DNA of 55,926 nucleotides from IMG/VR virus record IMGVR_UViG_3300017971_001822, positions 1-55,926 of that record. One strand, given 5' to 3'. Numbering within the stretch: the stretch's first letter is position 1; each line of letters starts with the position of its first letter. The notes under the pieces were generated by a model. That model ran no database searches and was not told where the DNA came from. It saw only the letters and a program-made list of their open reading frames with translations. Below are positions 1 to 9,049 of this stretch, piece by piece. This DNA is from a virus. Taxonomy: Duplodnaviria > Caudoviricetes. The translations under genes were made by a program, and so were the position numbers.

Positions 1-125
1 CCAGTTTGTTTAGCAGCAGCACACAACTCTTTCGTTGTCCCGCCACCTCTTACCCCAATCTCTACGCATATTTTGCGATTGTTAAAAATAACCAAGTGTT
101 TAAGCAAATTAGAATCAGTCCTCAT
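1..125 (-). CDS. Class I SAM-dependent methyltransferase, N-terminal part (runs off window edge)
   Basis: Not in ORF track; manual translation from ATG at 125 gives MRTDSNLLKHLVIFNNRKICVEIGVRGGGTTKELC with a SAM-binding motif I (VEIGVxxG). Confidence 0.65.
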   Translation of the reverse strand, partial: MRTDSNLLKHLVIFNNRKICVEIGVRGGGTTKELCAAAKQT

Positions 126-133
126 GATACCCC

Positions 134-694
134 CTATTCTACAACGACGATTTTTCGCTCTTCACCGGACTCAGACGTATCATTAAAATCGACCAACCTA
201 CACGATCTATCGAACTCTTCTGTCCATTCAAAGAATGCTTTCTGTTCATGATCGTCATAGGCGCTATCGTGATTGTAAACCCATTCGTCGAAAACAATAA
301 CTGTATTCGGCACTATAAGATGATTTAGCAATCTTAGAGACTCTATCGTTGAAGAATATAAGTCACAGTCTACGTGTAGTAAACCGATTGGTTGACCGCT
401 CTCTATGTATTGCGGGAGCGTATCGCTAAACCATCCCTTGTATAATTTGACTCCAGATACTTCTGGTATTTTGTTTTTCGCCGACATAGCACCTTTTGGC
501 TTCACTTGTTTTCCATACTTATCTATCCAAGGTTCTGCTATGCCCTCAAACGAATCGAATCCAAAAATTTCAAACTCCTCCGGTAACAATTTTCTTAATT
601 GCCTAATTGTTCCGCCCTTGAATACACCAAGCTCTAGGACGTGCTTTAGATTCTTATCCATAAGCGAGACGGCATGCGTCAGACTATTATTCAT
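134..694 (-). CDS. TylF/MycF/NovP-like O-methyltransferase
   Basis: LELGVFKG motif I, GFDSFEG, KGWFSDTL, LLHVDCDLYSST and IVFDEW motifs typical of the TylF family. Confidence 0.85.
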   Translation of the reverse strand: MNNSLTHAVSLMDKNLKHVLELGVFKGGTIRQLRKLLPEEFEIFGFDSFEGIAEPWIDKYGKQVKPKGAMSAKNKIPEVSGVKLYKGWFSDTLPQYIESGQPIGLLHVDCDLYSSTIESLRLLNHLIVPNTVIVFDEWVYNHDSAYDDHEQKAFFEWTEEFDRSCRLVDFNDTSESGEERKIVVVE

Positions 695-1340
695 TTGTAG
701 CCTCTTTCCATTTGATAAATTCTTGCCTAAACGAGTCCAGATATATTTGATCTTCCTGCAAGACAGGAAATGGGTCGTTATTTTTGGGTTTCCATCCGAC
801 CGTATCTTTGTGAGATACTTCTCCCTTTCTCGCCCATCCGGTTATGTGTTGAGCAATCTGTATGATATCGTTTTCGTTCTCCTGCATTTGTTCGTATGTT
901 ACGGTATGATCTGCGTGTTCTCCCCAATATTTATTTGACGCCAACCATAAGTCTGGCGGCGTGAAATCTTGATTTCCGATCCAGCTTACAGCCTTCTCTT
1001 GTTTCGGTCTGCCATGCCATAGTATTTCCGTGGTCTTCTTGTCGGTTCTCGGCATATCCTTGTATTTGGTTCTCAGAAATTCTGAGAAGTCGTCAAACTC
1101 AATGGATATCCCATTTCTTTCTCTCATTCGGAATACAGACATTAGAACGGGCTGTATATCCCTGCTGAGATTAAGAATTTTTGCGTTAGGCCGCGTTTTT
1201 CTAACAAGGCTAATGTCCAGATGGTGAGTGGCGAATATTTCGAAATACCAACCATACGGCGATTTTAGATTATCATAGATAGTCTTCAAAATCCAATGCG
1301 TACCACTTCTTGGATGTGAAACTGCGCACAAATTAGGCAT
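687..1340 (-). CDS. Sulfotransferase-domain protein
   Basis: N-terminal 5'-PSB loop SHPRSGTHW, 3'-PB-like segment LSRDIQPVLMS, and later VTYEQM. Confidence 0.7.
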   Translation of the reverse strand: MPNLCAVSHPRSGTHWILKTIYDNLKSPYGWYFEIFATHHLDISLVRKTRPNAKILNLSRDIQPVLMSVFRMRERNGISIEFDDFSEFLRTKYKDMPRTDKKTTEILWHGRPKQEKAVSWIGNQDFTPPDLWLASNKYWGEHADHTVTYEQMQENENDIIQIAQHITGWARKGEVSHKDTVGWKPKNNDPFPVLQEDQIYLDSFRQEFIKWKEATNE

Positions 1341-2904
1341 TGCTATCCTCCATTAATAAGTGAAGTTGCAGTTTGCCCAGATGGAAAAGCATGTCGGCAT
1401 ATGGCTGATGATGTAGTGGAGATATATTCAAGAAAATCAACGCCGTAAGAATCTGCACTTTCTTCCAATCATAGCCCCTAGATACGACATAATCTTTCAG
1501 ATATTCTTCGTACCAAAGGGCACTGTGTTTTCTAAGGAAATCAAACTTGACTACATCTCCTTCTCCTGAGATGTTATATAAGTCTTTGTTGATTAACTCG
1601 TGCGAAATAATGAATCCATGTAGTAGTTTTGCGAAATCATAATAGATGTCTCCAACATCAAGAGATCCGGCGAACTCCTCTCTCCAGTCTAGCAGACAGA
1701 AATTATCTTCTGAAGCGATATACAGAATATTCTCGAAATGCAAATCGCCATGGAATCTTACAGGACTACCATCTAGAACGTAACCCCAATCTAGATTCGA
1801 AAGTATTTTCCCAAGAGACGGCACTCTTATGTCGTTAATGGTTTGTGCTGTATCCTTTCTGTCAAACCTCTTAAAATATTGGTTAACACGACCCATAGTC
1901 TTTTCGAAGTAAAAGCTCTGACACATTTCTTCAAAACCAGTTATGTGTGCTTTCTTTGTCCATAAGTTCTCAAGCCATCCCAGTAGCTTCTTAAATATCG
2001 TAGGCGATGCGGCTTTCGACATGATTTCTCCATCTACAAGCTCATAGCAATACATGTTTTCTGTGCTATCAATGATAGTCGGCACATAACCTTGCAAATC
2101 GCCAGACCTTAATACTCGTCTACCAATGAACCTTTGGTCTGTGGAAAACTTGATAACCTTGTTGTTGCAAAACCAGATGTGCTCATTCTTTTTAGGAAGT
2201 ATCACAGGATCATCTTCTGATTTAAGTCGTTCGCTAGCGTAGTCTAAAGCCTCGATAGTCCCAGTGTCTAACCAAGTAAACCTCTTGGCCACTATGCTGT
2301 CTTGCATCATCTCTTCCAAAGCATACGACTCTCCCCGCTGTATAGATCCACGATCCTTGCCGTCTTCCATAAGGCTCCAAAACTTTTTATAATCAGCAAC
2401 ACCACAGATGCCGATGTACGCATTGTTCTCTGGATGGACGCCTTTCTCATTCAGGCCCTTCGCAACAGTCTGATCCCAAGTGTCCAGCGTGACTGATCTA
2501 TAGTCATTGCCAGCACGCATATCGGCATACCCCATCCAGTTATGGTCTGGCAACGGGATCTGCTCGCTGACTATCGTATCGTTTGGAAAGAAAACAAATG
2601 GACACTGTAATTCGTCTTTGCAAGACAAAAGGGTATAGCCAAGACCGGAATCTGGTCCCTCGTATGGATCGACATCAACAAAGGTAATTTTTCTCTCAGG
2701 ATAGGCTAACTTCAAAAATTGTTTGATTAGATCACCCTTGTATCCAAGAGCGATTACGATCTCCACATCTCGGTCGAACTTATCTAATATATATGATATG
2801 ATCGGCCTGTTGGCAACGGGAACCAGTGTCTTGTTGATGAAGTTGCAATGTTCATCAAGTCTTGAGCCGACTCCAGCACTTGGAATCACGACTTTGTATC
2901 TCAT
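1333..2904 (-). CDS. Sugar nucleotidyltransferase fused to an APH/choline-kinase-like phosphotransferase
   Basis: N-terminal IPSAGVGSRL...NKTLVPV and WLDTGT; C-terminal HGDLHFENIL and LLDWR kinase motifs. Start placed at MRYKVV (2904). Confidence 0.85.
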   Translation of the reverse strand: MRYKVVIPSAGVGSRLDEHCNFINKTLVPVANRPIISYILDKFDRDVEIVIALGYKGDLIKQFLKLAYPERKITFVDVDPYEGPDSGLGYTLLSCKDELQCPFVFFPNDTIVSEQIPLPDHNWMGYADMRAGNDYRSVTLDTWDQTVAKGLNEKGVHPENNAYIGICGVADYKKFWSLMEDGKDRGSIQRGESYALEEMMQDSIVAKRFTWLDTGTIEALDYASERLKSEDDPVILPKKNEHIWFCNNKVIKFSTDQRFIGRRVLRSGDLQGYVPTIIDSTENMYCYELVDGEIMSKAASPTIFKKLLGWLENLWTKKAHITGFEEMCQSFYFEKTMGRVNQYFKRFDRKDTAQTINDIRVPSLGKILSNLDWGYVLDGSPVRFHGDLHFENILYIASEDNFCLLDWREEFAGSLDVGDIYYDFAKLLHGFIISHELINKDLYNISGEGDVVKFDFLRKHSALWYEEYLKDYVVSRGYDWKKVQILTALIFLNISPLHHQPYADMLFHLGKLQLHLLMEDSNA

Positions 2905-2905
2905 T

Positions 2906-3262
2906 TCATTCCCTTTCGTAATCATCCTCTATCCTGATGACATCATCCATCTCTGGCGTGGATGCTTCAAGGTAGATGCAATCGGTAGCGCCTTCCATTC
3001 TGTGCGTTCTTCCGGCGCGAATCGTCATGCTTTCGTCCGCATAGAGACGACATATCATTTCTTTATCGCTGTCTTCATCTATCAAGATTATCCGCAATAT
3101 GCCGCTAATGACATATATCGTTTCTGTCTTGTGCTCGTGATACTGAAGGCTACACCTGTGATTCTCTTTCATTGTGAGCCTCTTAAGACAATATTGATCA
3201 TTAAGTTCAAGAAGTTCTTCGCTGCCCCACGGTTTATCTGTAATCATCACAGTGCTCTCCAA
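2906..3262 (-). CDS. Cupin protein (mannose-6-phosphate isomerase type II C-terminal-like)
   Basis: KPWG...SLQYHEHKTET...HR cupin motifs. Confidence 0.8.
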   Translation of the reverse strand: MESTVMITDKPWGSEELLELNDQYCLKRLTMKENHRCSLQYHEHKTETIYVISGILRIILIDEDSDKEMICRLYADESMTIRAGRTHRMEGATDCIYLEASTPEMDDVIRIEDDYERE

Positions 3263-4250
3263 AACTTATTGCGTAATGACGAATAACTTTGTAGATTGTA
3301 TCTATAATACACTTTTCAACATCTGTATAGCCCTGTAGGGAACGAATGATCTCTCTGTATTCGTTAGATTGATAATGATAGTGTCCACCCAACATCGTAA
3401 TTGCGAATGCGTTTGGGTAGTCATCTTCAACTATCCATTTGCACCAATTCCCGCTGTTAACAACAAGTCGGCTGAATTCGCTCGTATCTACACCATAGAT
3501 AGACGCCAATAACATGATACATTGAGTTTGTATGACACCAAGTTGTGGCGCGATATTGATGGCATCTACTATCCCTCTTCTCTCCATTATTTGTCGTTTG
3601 TTAAGATAATCTGCATTATGCTCTTTAAGCCTAATATTTTTTGATTTTAGCAATTGTGCAGTTTTGGAAACCGCATCCTTGTCGAATCTACCGATATTGC
3701 CCATCCCCTTAACCAGACTGCCAGTTTGAACAACATAGAATGCAGGATCGCAATGCTCAAGGAACCTGTCCAGAGTTTTTGATAGCTTTTCCGTGTCTGT
3801 CTCGGCAACTCCAACATTCTCATCTGTTCCTATCTCGAAGAGCATATCTGGCTCAATGCTTTTGGCGAATTCAATCAACTCGATGGTTCTTTCTATTTTA
3901 GTATCATAATCTACTTCCATATGGCATAGGTCCAAATGTATCAAATCGAATCCGTTAGAAATATCATTGAATATAGTCCGCTTGACAGAATCCATCGTGT
4001 TTCTTCTCGAACCGAAGCCGGGGCCGCAATGGTCTCTGCATATTTTGACGTCTGAGTTCTTGTATCTAGACTTCATGACATAGATAAATTCGGCATAATC
4101 GTCTGTCATAAATACATATCCTTGATTATAATCAATCTGATTCCTAGAGCAAATTAACATCAATTGCTTTTTATGGTCTTCAGAATACTTGAAGACTGCC
4201 TCTATGACTTCTCTACTCATCGGCCCAAATGCCAATCTAGATGTCAACAC
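3234..4250 (-). CDS. GatZ/KbaZ-like (tagatose-phosphate aldolase/epimerase family) TIM-barrel protein
   Basis: GPMS...LICSRNQID..GY, CRDHCGPG, LIHLD, FEIGTDE, KEHNADY, AINIAPQLG motifs. Confidence 0.7.
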   Translation of the reverse strand: MLTSRLAFGPMSREVIEAVFKYSEDHKKQLMLICSRNQIDYNQGYVFMTDDYAEFIYVMKSRYKNSDVKICRDHCGPGFGSRRNTMDSVKRTIFNDISNGFDLIHLDLCHMEVDYDTKIERTIELIEFAKSIEPDMLFEIGTDENVGVAETDTEKLSKTLDRFLEHCDPAFYVVQTGSLVKGMGNIGRFDKDAVSKTAQLLKSKNIRLKEHNADYLNKRQIMERRGIVDAINIAPQLGVIQTQCIMLLASIYGVDTSEFSRLVVNSGNWCKWIVEDDYPNAFAITMLGGHYHYQSNEYREIIRSLQGYTDVEKCIIDTIYKVIRHYAISFGEHCDDYR

Positions 4251-4608
4251 TCCCCAACCCCCTATCTCTAGGTATATTCACACCAGATGCTGTTGGTTGT
4301 CCGTCCGGTTTCTTGTCATTAATAACAATTCTTGATCCTCGCGGTAAGCCCATCACGATATCGTCATAGAATAAGCCGCATTCTTCCAGTTGTTGTTTAG
4401 TGATATCAAACGAACTTGGCGGTCTGCCAGTTGTGAGAACGATTCGATACCCGCTATGTCTCCACTTCGAAAACGCTTCTTTAACTCCGGGCAACAAATC
4501 TTCCGATGGGTTGATCTCATTTATATTGCACCTGCCACCAAAATGTTTGAAGATACATCCGTCTATATCGCAAAAAACGGTCTTAATTTCCTTTGCGGGA
4601 TCATCCAT
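4237..4608 (-). CDS. HAD-superfamily phosphatase (capsule-biosynthesis type)
   Basis: DIDG motif I, TTGR motif II, IND terminal motif; AGGAG RBS upstream of ATG 4608. Confidence 0.8.
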   Translation of the reverse strand: MDDPAKEIKTVFCDIDGCIFKHFGGRCNINEINPSEDLLPGVKEAFSKWRHSGYRIVLTTGRPPSSFDITKQQLEECGLFYDDIVMGLPRGSRIVINDKKPDGQPTASGVNIPRDRGLGSVDI

Positions 4609-5389
4609 TGCCCCACTCCTTTCCTTCGTTTGCCACCAACTCGTTCTTCTTTCGTTTGGATTCAAAAGCTAGCCCATTGTCTCTGACAGTCTTTAGAAAC
4701 TTTTGTCTTCTCATGTGCCAGATATGATATGTGCTTACCTTATTATCCACATAAATATCTGCACCAGATTGAACCAATCTGTGCAGAATGTCGATATCTT
4801 CCCAACCGTAATAGTCTGCGAAATCTTCGTCGTACCCGCCAATATCCATCAATCGTTTCACATGAGCGGCGAATCCTGCATGGAAAGCTCTAGGCTCCAT
4901 AGGATTCCTAAGCGTATGAATAGCACGATGACCAAGTTGCTCGACAGAGACAGTGGGATTGGCCAGAATCTTCGGCGTCTCTGGCTCCTGAAGCTCGACC
5001 ATCCTGATCGGGCGGTAGATTATATCTTTTATCTTAGCCACCCTCTCTATGTGGTCTTCGCCTTCGGTAAAGATCTCAGGATCTCTCGTTGTCATAACTT
5101 CGCACTGGAGTCTCTTGAGAACATAGTTCCTTATCATACATCCATTTCTTTCGACCGCAGGATCTCTCTCAAACGTAAAGTACGCTAGATTATATTCTGC
5201 GAGGTCGGACAGATCTTCGTGAGGCCCGTCATTTACCACCAGAAAGATCCAGTCTTGGTCTGGCAATGTAGTTTTGAATCTCTTGAGCGTAGGAATAAGA
5301 AGATTCTTCCTCTTAAAGTTGGGGATGAACATCACCACTCTGCGATTCGTTACTGACCAGTCAAAATCGTGTTGTGTGATTTTAGCCAT
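4601..5389 (-). CDS. Glycosyltransferase (GT2/GT7-C type)
   Basis: VVNDG, RN, GGYDEDF..YGWEDID and HIWH motifs; ATG 5389 overlaps the dnaE stop. Confidence 0.8.
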   Translation of the reverse strand: MAKITQHDFDWSVTNRRVVMFIPNFKRKNLLIPTLKRFKTTLPDQDWIFLVVNDGPHEDLSDLAEYNLAYFTFERDPAVERNGCMIRNYVLKRLQCEVMTTRDPEIFTEGEDHIERVAKIKDIIYRPIRMVELQEPETPKILANPTVSVEQLGHRAIHTLRNPMEPRAFHAGFAAHVKRLMDIGGYDEDFADYYGWEDIDILHRLVQSGADIYVDNKVSTYHIWHMRRQKFLKTVRDNGLAFESKRKKNELVANEGKEWGNG

Positions 5390-7697
5390 CGCCTTCTTCC
5401 TTGAAATCTTCATCCAGAACAGTCTCGTCTCCGACATCGTTGATTAGATTCTGCCCAAACCACAGTTTGTCCAGTGCTGCCACGCCGAGGAAATCGAACT
5501 TTACAGCACCAACATATTCGGCATTCGACATTTCGAAGCCGACTACCCTGCTCTTGTCTTTCGCATCATAGGATAGTGGTGCTATCTGATTAATCGGGAC
5601 ATCTGCGATTACCACGCCAGCGGCATGTCTTGATTGAGCCTTATTGGTCCCCTCAATTCGCATCGCTTGGTCAAATAGTGGCTTATACCACTCATAAGCT
5701 TCTGCGACTTGTTCGATGTTGTCTATCGTCCATCTGAGTATGCCATAATCTGGATCGTCATTTTCTTTCCTAAGCTGTTGTAATTCATCTGCTATTGCTG
5801 CTTCGTCAGGAATATGTTTAGTAATCTCGTTACATAAATCGAATGGGCTCATACTAGCTTCGTTGGGATCTTTCCCTTCTTTCTGTGCCTTGACCTTCAT
5901 CAAATGTTTGACAGTTTCGGGTTGAGCCCTAAATACTTCCTTCAGTGCTGCTTTTCCTTGAAGCCTGTTGAATGTGATCATCTGAGCAACATAATCTTCA
6001 CCCCATCTCTCTTTGAGGTATTCCATGATGCTGGATCTGAATGCAACACCAAAGTCGACATCGATATCAGGCAGACTCACACGTCCAGCGTGTCTAGTTG
6101 TCGATTTTGATTCATCTAGCTCGTTTGTGAGACCAATCGCGTATGCTATATGAGAATTGCTCGGATTTTCTTCGCTAGTTTTCGCATCATTAAAATACAA
6201 CCACATCTTAGGATTATGTTCGTCGATCCATCTTGCTTCTTCTTTAAGCAAGTCTAGATTCTTAATTCTCTTCATCTTTGCACAAGTAATAGCTAGACTT
6301 TTTCTCTCTTCGTCCATGTCCCTATTGGAAATGTTCTGAATGTTTTCCATGTACCAAGTCATAAAATCTGTATGCCCGACATCAAAGTGGGGAGGGATGT
6401 TTCTTGATGCATTGTAGAATCTCTCAAAGTACAAGCCATATTCTATCGGGTCAATGCCGGTAATTCCAACCAAATAGTTCACAAGAGAACCAGCGCCTGA
6501 ACCTCTCCCTTTTCCTCTGGGACCATGATTTTCATCTACGAATCTACAGGCGTCTTGCATGATGAGGAAATAATCTGCGAGGCCAGCTTCCTCAATAACT
6601 GTCAATTCCCTTTGGAGTCTTTCCCAATACTGCTTCTTTTCGCTATCAGATTTGTCTCGGAGTTTGACCTTCGCCCCTTCTATGCACAATTGCTTCAGAT
6701 ATTCGTCTGAACCCAGAGAGTCTTTTCCCATGTCTTCATTGACGAATTTAGGCAACCTTGGCTTCTTTGCCAAATTGGATACTTTGATCTTATCGGCAAT
6801 TTCTAGAGATGCTTCTATTTCGTGTGGCTCATAATGCTCTTCCATTTCTTTCTGGTCGAAGATATGAAATTGATCTAGATAGAAAAATGCCATAATGTCG
6901 CCACCGCTTTTCTTAAGCCTGTCCTGTTCTTCTGCTGTCGTATGCATTTGACTATATAACAATATCCTATGATCTTCTGCATCTTTCTTATGCGTATAAT
7001 GGGAATCTAATGTGGCAACAGATTGCACATCCAGATCTTTAGCCATCTGTCTCAAACATTCTAAAACGACCTTCTGTATAGTCATGCCTTCTTCTTGAAG
7101 TTCTAGGTAATAATTCTCTTTGCCAAAAATCTTTTGATGCTTCTCTATGATTTGTGCAGCGACATCTTGCCAATTTGGAACAAGAAGCTCTTTCACCTTC
7201 GCTATATTCTCTGTCTGGCAACCAACCAGACAAGCTTCTCTAAAATCTGTAAACAAAGACATCGGTAATTCACCCGCTATGCATGCAGATAGACACAATA
7301 AGTTTCCAGCAGCAGCATATTGGGCTAAGTTTTCAAGATCTATTCGTGGTTTTCTGTAAAACCAATCTGGTCGATTAGTCGCGCTGACTAAAGCCATAAG
7401 CTCTTTGATTCCGTCGTCATTTTTTGCCAATACTATTAAATGGTTTCTCTTGTCGTTTTCTTTAGTCTTAATGCTTGGGTCGTTCTGGCATATATAAAGT
7501 TCTATGCCAGATATAGGCTTAATTCCTGCTTTCTTACAAGCTTTATGATGATCAACCATTGCCGCTATATTCCCATGATCTGTAATGGCAATTGCTGGAG
7601 CACCGATTTCTTTAGCTCTCTCTACGATTTTGCGGGGAGATGGCAAACCGTCAAGTAGCGAATAGTGAGAATGCACATGTAGTGGGACGTATGACAT
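5382..7697 (-). CDS. dnaE: DNA polymerase III alpha subunit, N-terminal portion (PHP + palm), lacking the C-terminal domains
   Basis: HVHSHYSLLDG, ITDHGN, GRGSGAGSL, PDIDVDF, SRHAAGVVI and KFDFLG motifs; 771 aa, ending about 30 aa after KFDFLG. Confidence 0.93.
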   Translation of the reverse strand: MSYVPLHVHSHYSLLDGLPSPRKIVERAKEIGAPAIAITDHGNIAAMVDHHKACKKAGIKPISGIELYICQNDPSIKTKENDKRNHLIVLAKNDDGIKELMALVSATNRPDWFYRKPRIDLENLAQYAAAGNLLCLSACIAGELPMSLFTDFREACLVGCQTENIAKVKELLVPNWQDVAAQIIEKHQKIFGKENYYLELQEEGMTIQKVVLECLRQMAKDLDVQSVATLDSHYTHKKDAEDHRILLYSQMHTTAEEQDRLKKSGGDIMAFFYLDQFHIFDQKEMEEHYEPHEIEASLEIADKIKVSNLAKKPRLPKFVNEDMGKDSLGSDEYLKQLCIEGAKVKLRDKSDSEKKQYWERLQRELTVIEEAGLADYFLIMQDACRFVDENHGPRGKGRGSGAGSLVNYLVGITGIDPIEYGLYFERFYNASRNIPPHFDVGHTDFMTWYMENIQNISNRDMDEERKSLAITCAKMKRIKNLDLLKEEARWIDEHNPKMWLYFNDAKTSEENPSNSHIAYAIGLTNELDESKSTTRHAGRVSLPDIDVDFGVAFRSSIMEYLKERWGEDYVAQMITFNRLQGKAALKEVFRAQPETVKHLMKVKAQKEGKDPNEASMSPFDLCNEITKHIPDEAAIADELQQLRKENDDPDYGILRWTIDNIEQVAEAYEWYKPLFDQAMRIEGTNKAQSRHAAGVVIADVPINQIAPLSYDAKDKSRVVGFEMSNAEYVGAVKFDFLGVAALDKLWFGQNLINDVGDETVLDEDFKEEGDG

Positions 7698-8569
7698 TAT
7701 TTTTTCTCCTCTTGGCCGTACTTGTTTTGCAAATAATCAGAGCCGAAACAGACGAAATCGCTCCAAACCTTTTGGCAAACATCTTCCTTGTTGAAAGGAC
7801 ACATTCTACATTTCCACGATCTGTTTCTTAGAACTAATGACGTCTTGGCTGTTTTGAAAAATTTCCAGATAGCCGCGATTGTCATGGCGATATCTTGGCA
7901 ATTGAATGAGATCGTTATTGGCCCACCATCTTCCATGTAGTAGAAAGTAATCAAAATGTTTTTGTACTTGCCGTAAAGTTGTGTTCCTGCAAGGTGGTAA
8001 AGGCGGGACTGTACCTGAGACATTAACTCGATTGCATCGATTAACCTTCTTGTATAGAAATCTTCTCGTTTCCCAGTCTTCCAGTCGATGATTTCTAATG
8101 TATCTTCGCTGATCTCGTGAACAAGGTCGATGAATCCTCTTACTCTGAATTGTTCGTCGCCGACTTTCCATTCTTCTCCGGGCATCTCGATCCTGAACCA
8201 TTTTTCGACATCGATTACTTTGAGCTTATATGGATTGTAGAAATCGTCAGCGAGAACAGCTTCAAGGCATAGCCGACATTTCTTGAAATCCGCTGCTTCG
8301 CCACGACTAGTAGTTCGTCGTATTTCCACGCCGGGATTTGCAGATACGTGCATATCCCATGCTCGTTCTAATAACCACTTGTAGTCTATGTGAGTCTTGC
8401 CTCGCTTTTTGAGCTTGGCCATCCATTCAAGAACTTGATGGACTATCTTTCCTTGTAGCGCAGCTTTGCCAGACGTAGACTTCATGGAGAGCATCTGCTG
8501 GAGCATAAATTTGAACGAGCAATGATAGTAAGTATTGATCGAGCTTGCGCTACATTTCTTAACGTCCAT
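7697..8569 (-). CDS. PD-(D/E)XK exonuclease, Cas4/AddB-like with Fe-S cysteines
   Basis: SASSINTY..C, RGFIDLV, IIDWKTG, QxxxY and C-terminal CxxCx7C. Confidence 0.85.
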   Translation of the reverse strand: MDVKKCSASSINTYYHCSFKFMLQQMLSMKSTSGKAALQGKIVHQVLEWMAKLKKRGKTHIDYKWLLERAWDMHVSANPGVEIRRTTSRGEAADFKKCRLCLEAVLADDFYNPYKLKVIDVEKWFRIEMPGEEWKVGDEQFRVRGFIDLVHEISEDTLEIIDWKTGKREDFYTRRLIDAIELMSQVQSRLYHLAGTQLYGKYKNILITFYYMEDGGPITISFNCQDIAMTIAAIWKFFKTAKTSLVLRNRSWKCRMCPFNKEDVCQKVWSDFVCFGSDYLQNKYGQEEKK

Positions 8570-9040
8570 TTAGAATCCGCCTAAATTCATGACTTGTTCT
8601 TGTGGTTTCGTCTCAGGCTGTTCCGGCTTTTCTTTGTGGAACATCTCTCTCACAATTTCGATTAGCTCATCAACATTTTCCATATGGGGAATTCTATCTC
8701 TCATATCATCAAGCTCAGGCTTGTTCTCAAGGTCTTGGAAATGCATGATGCACATAGCGTTGAACACAACAGCAGCAAGATGATCTTCGTCTTTATCTCC
8801 AAGCGCAAATTGCATCATATGTCTGAACATGCTAGAGAAGAATCGGCTGAATTCCATGCCTTGCGCCCAGTTCCATGGATTATATTTCTTGGAACCGTTG
8901 CCGTAATGCATAGCAACCCTATAAAGCGCCGTTGGAGGGATAAGATCAAATCTAGGTTTACCTTCTTGTGTATCTCTAACAGCACCAGTGGTGAAATCCT
9001 GTCGCTGTCCTGAATCTTTAATCTCATACTTCTTGGCCAT
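8570..9040 (-). CDS. dATP/dGTP diphosphohydrolase-like protein (DUF5664 family)
   Basis: GAVRD..GKPRFDLIP, G.KKY..WNW..G, RH, EDHLAAV.FN motifs. Confidence 0.8.
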   Translation of the reverse strand: MAKKYEIKDSGQRQDFTTGAVRDTQEGKPRFDLIPPTALYRVAMHYGNGSKKYNPWNWAQGMEFSRFFSSMFRHMMQFALGDKDEDHLAAVVFNAMCIMHFQDLENKPELDDMRDRIPHMENVDELIEIVREMFHKEKPEQPETKPQEQVMNLGGF

Positions 9041-9049
9041 AAAGACTCC

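Noticed and set aside
6085-6405. Intein in DnaE
   Set aside because: No N-terminal Cys/Ser block, no HN-C/S/T terminus and no LAGLIDADG motif. DnaB, RecA and RNR are also normal length with no inteins evident.
8570-9040. 2-aminoadenine (Z) or 7-deazaguanine genome inferred from DUF5664
   Set aside because: No PurZ, DatZ, DpdA or Que genes in the window; the domain is widespread in phages on its own.
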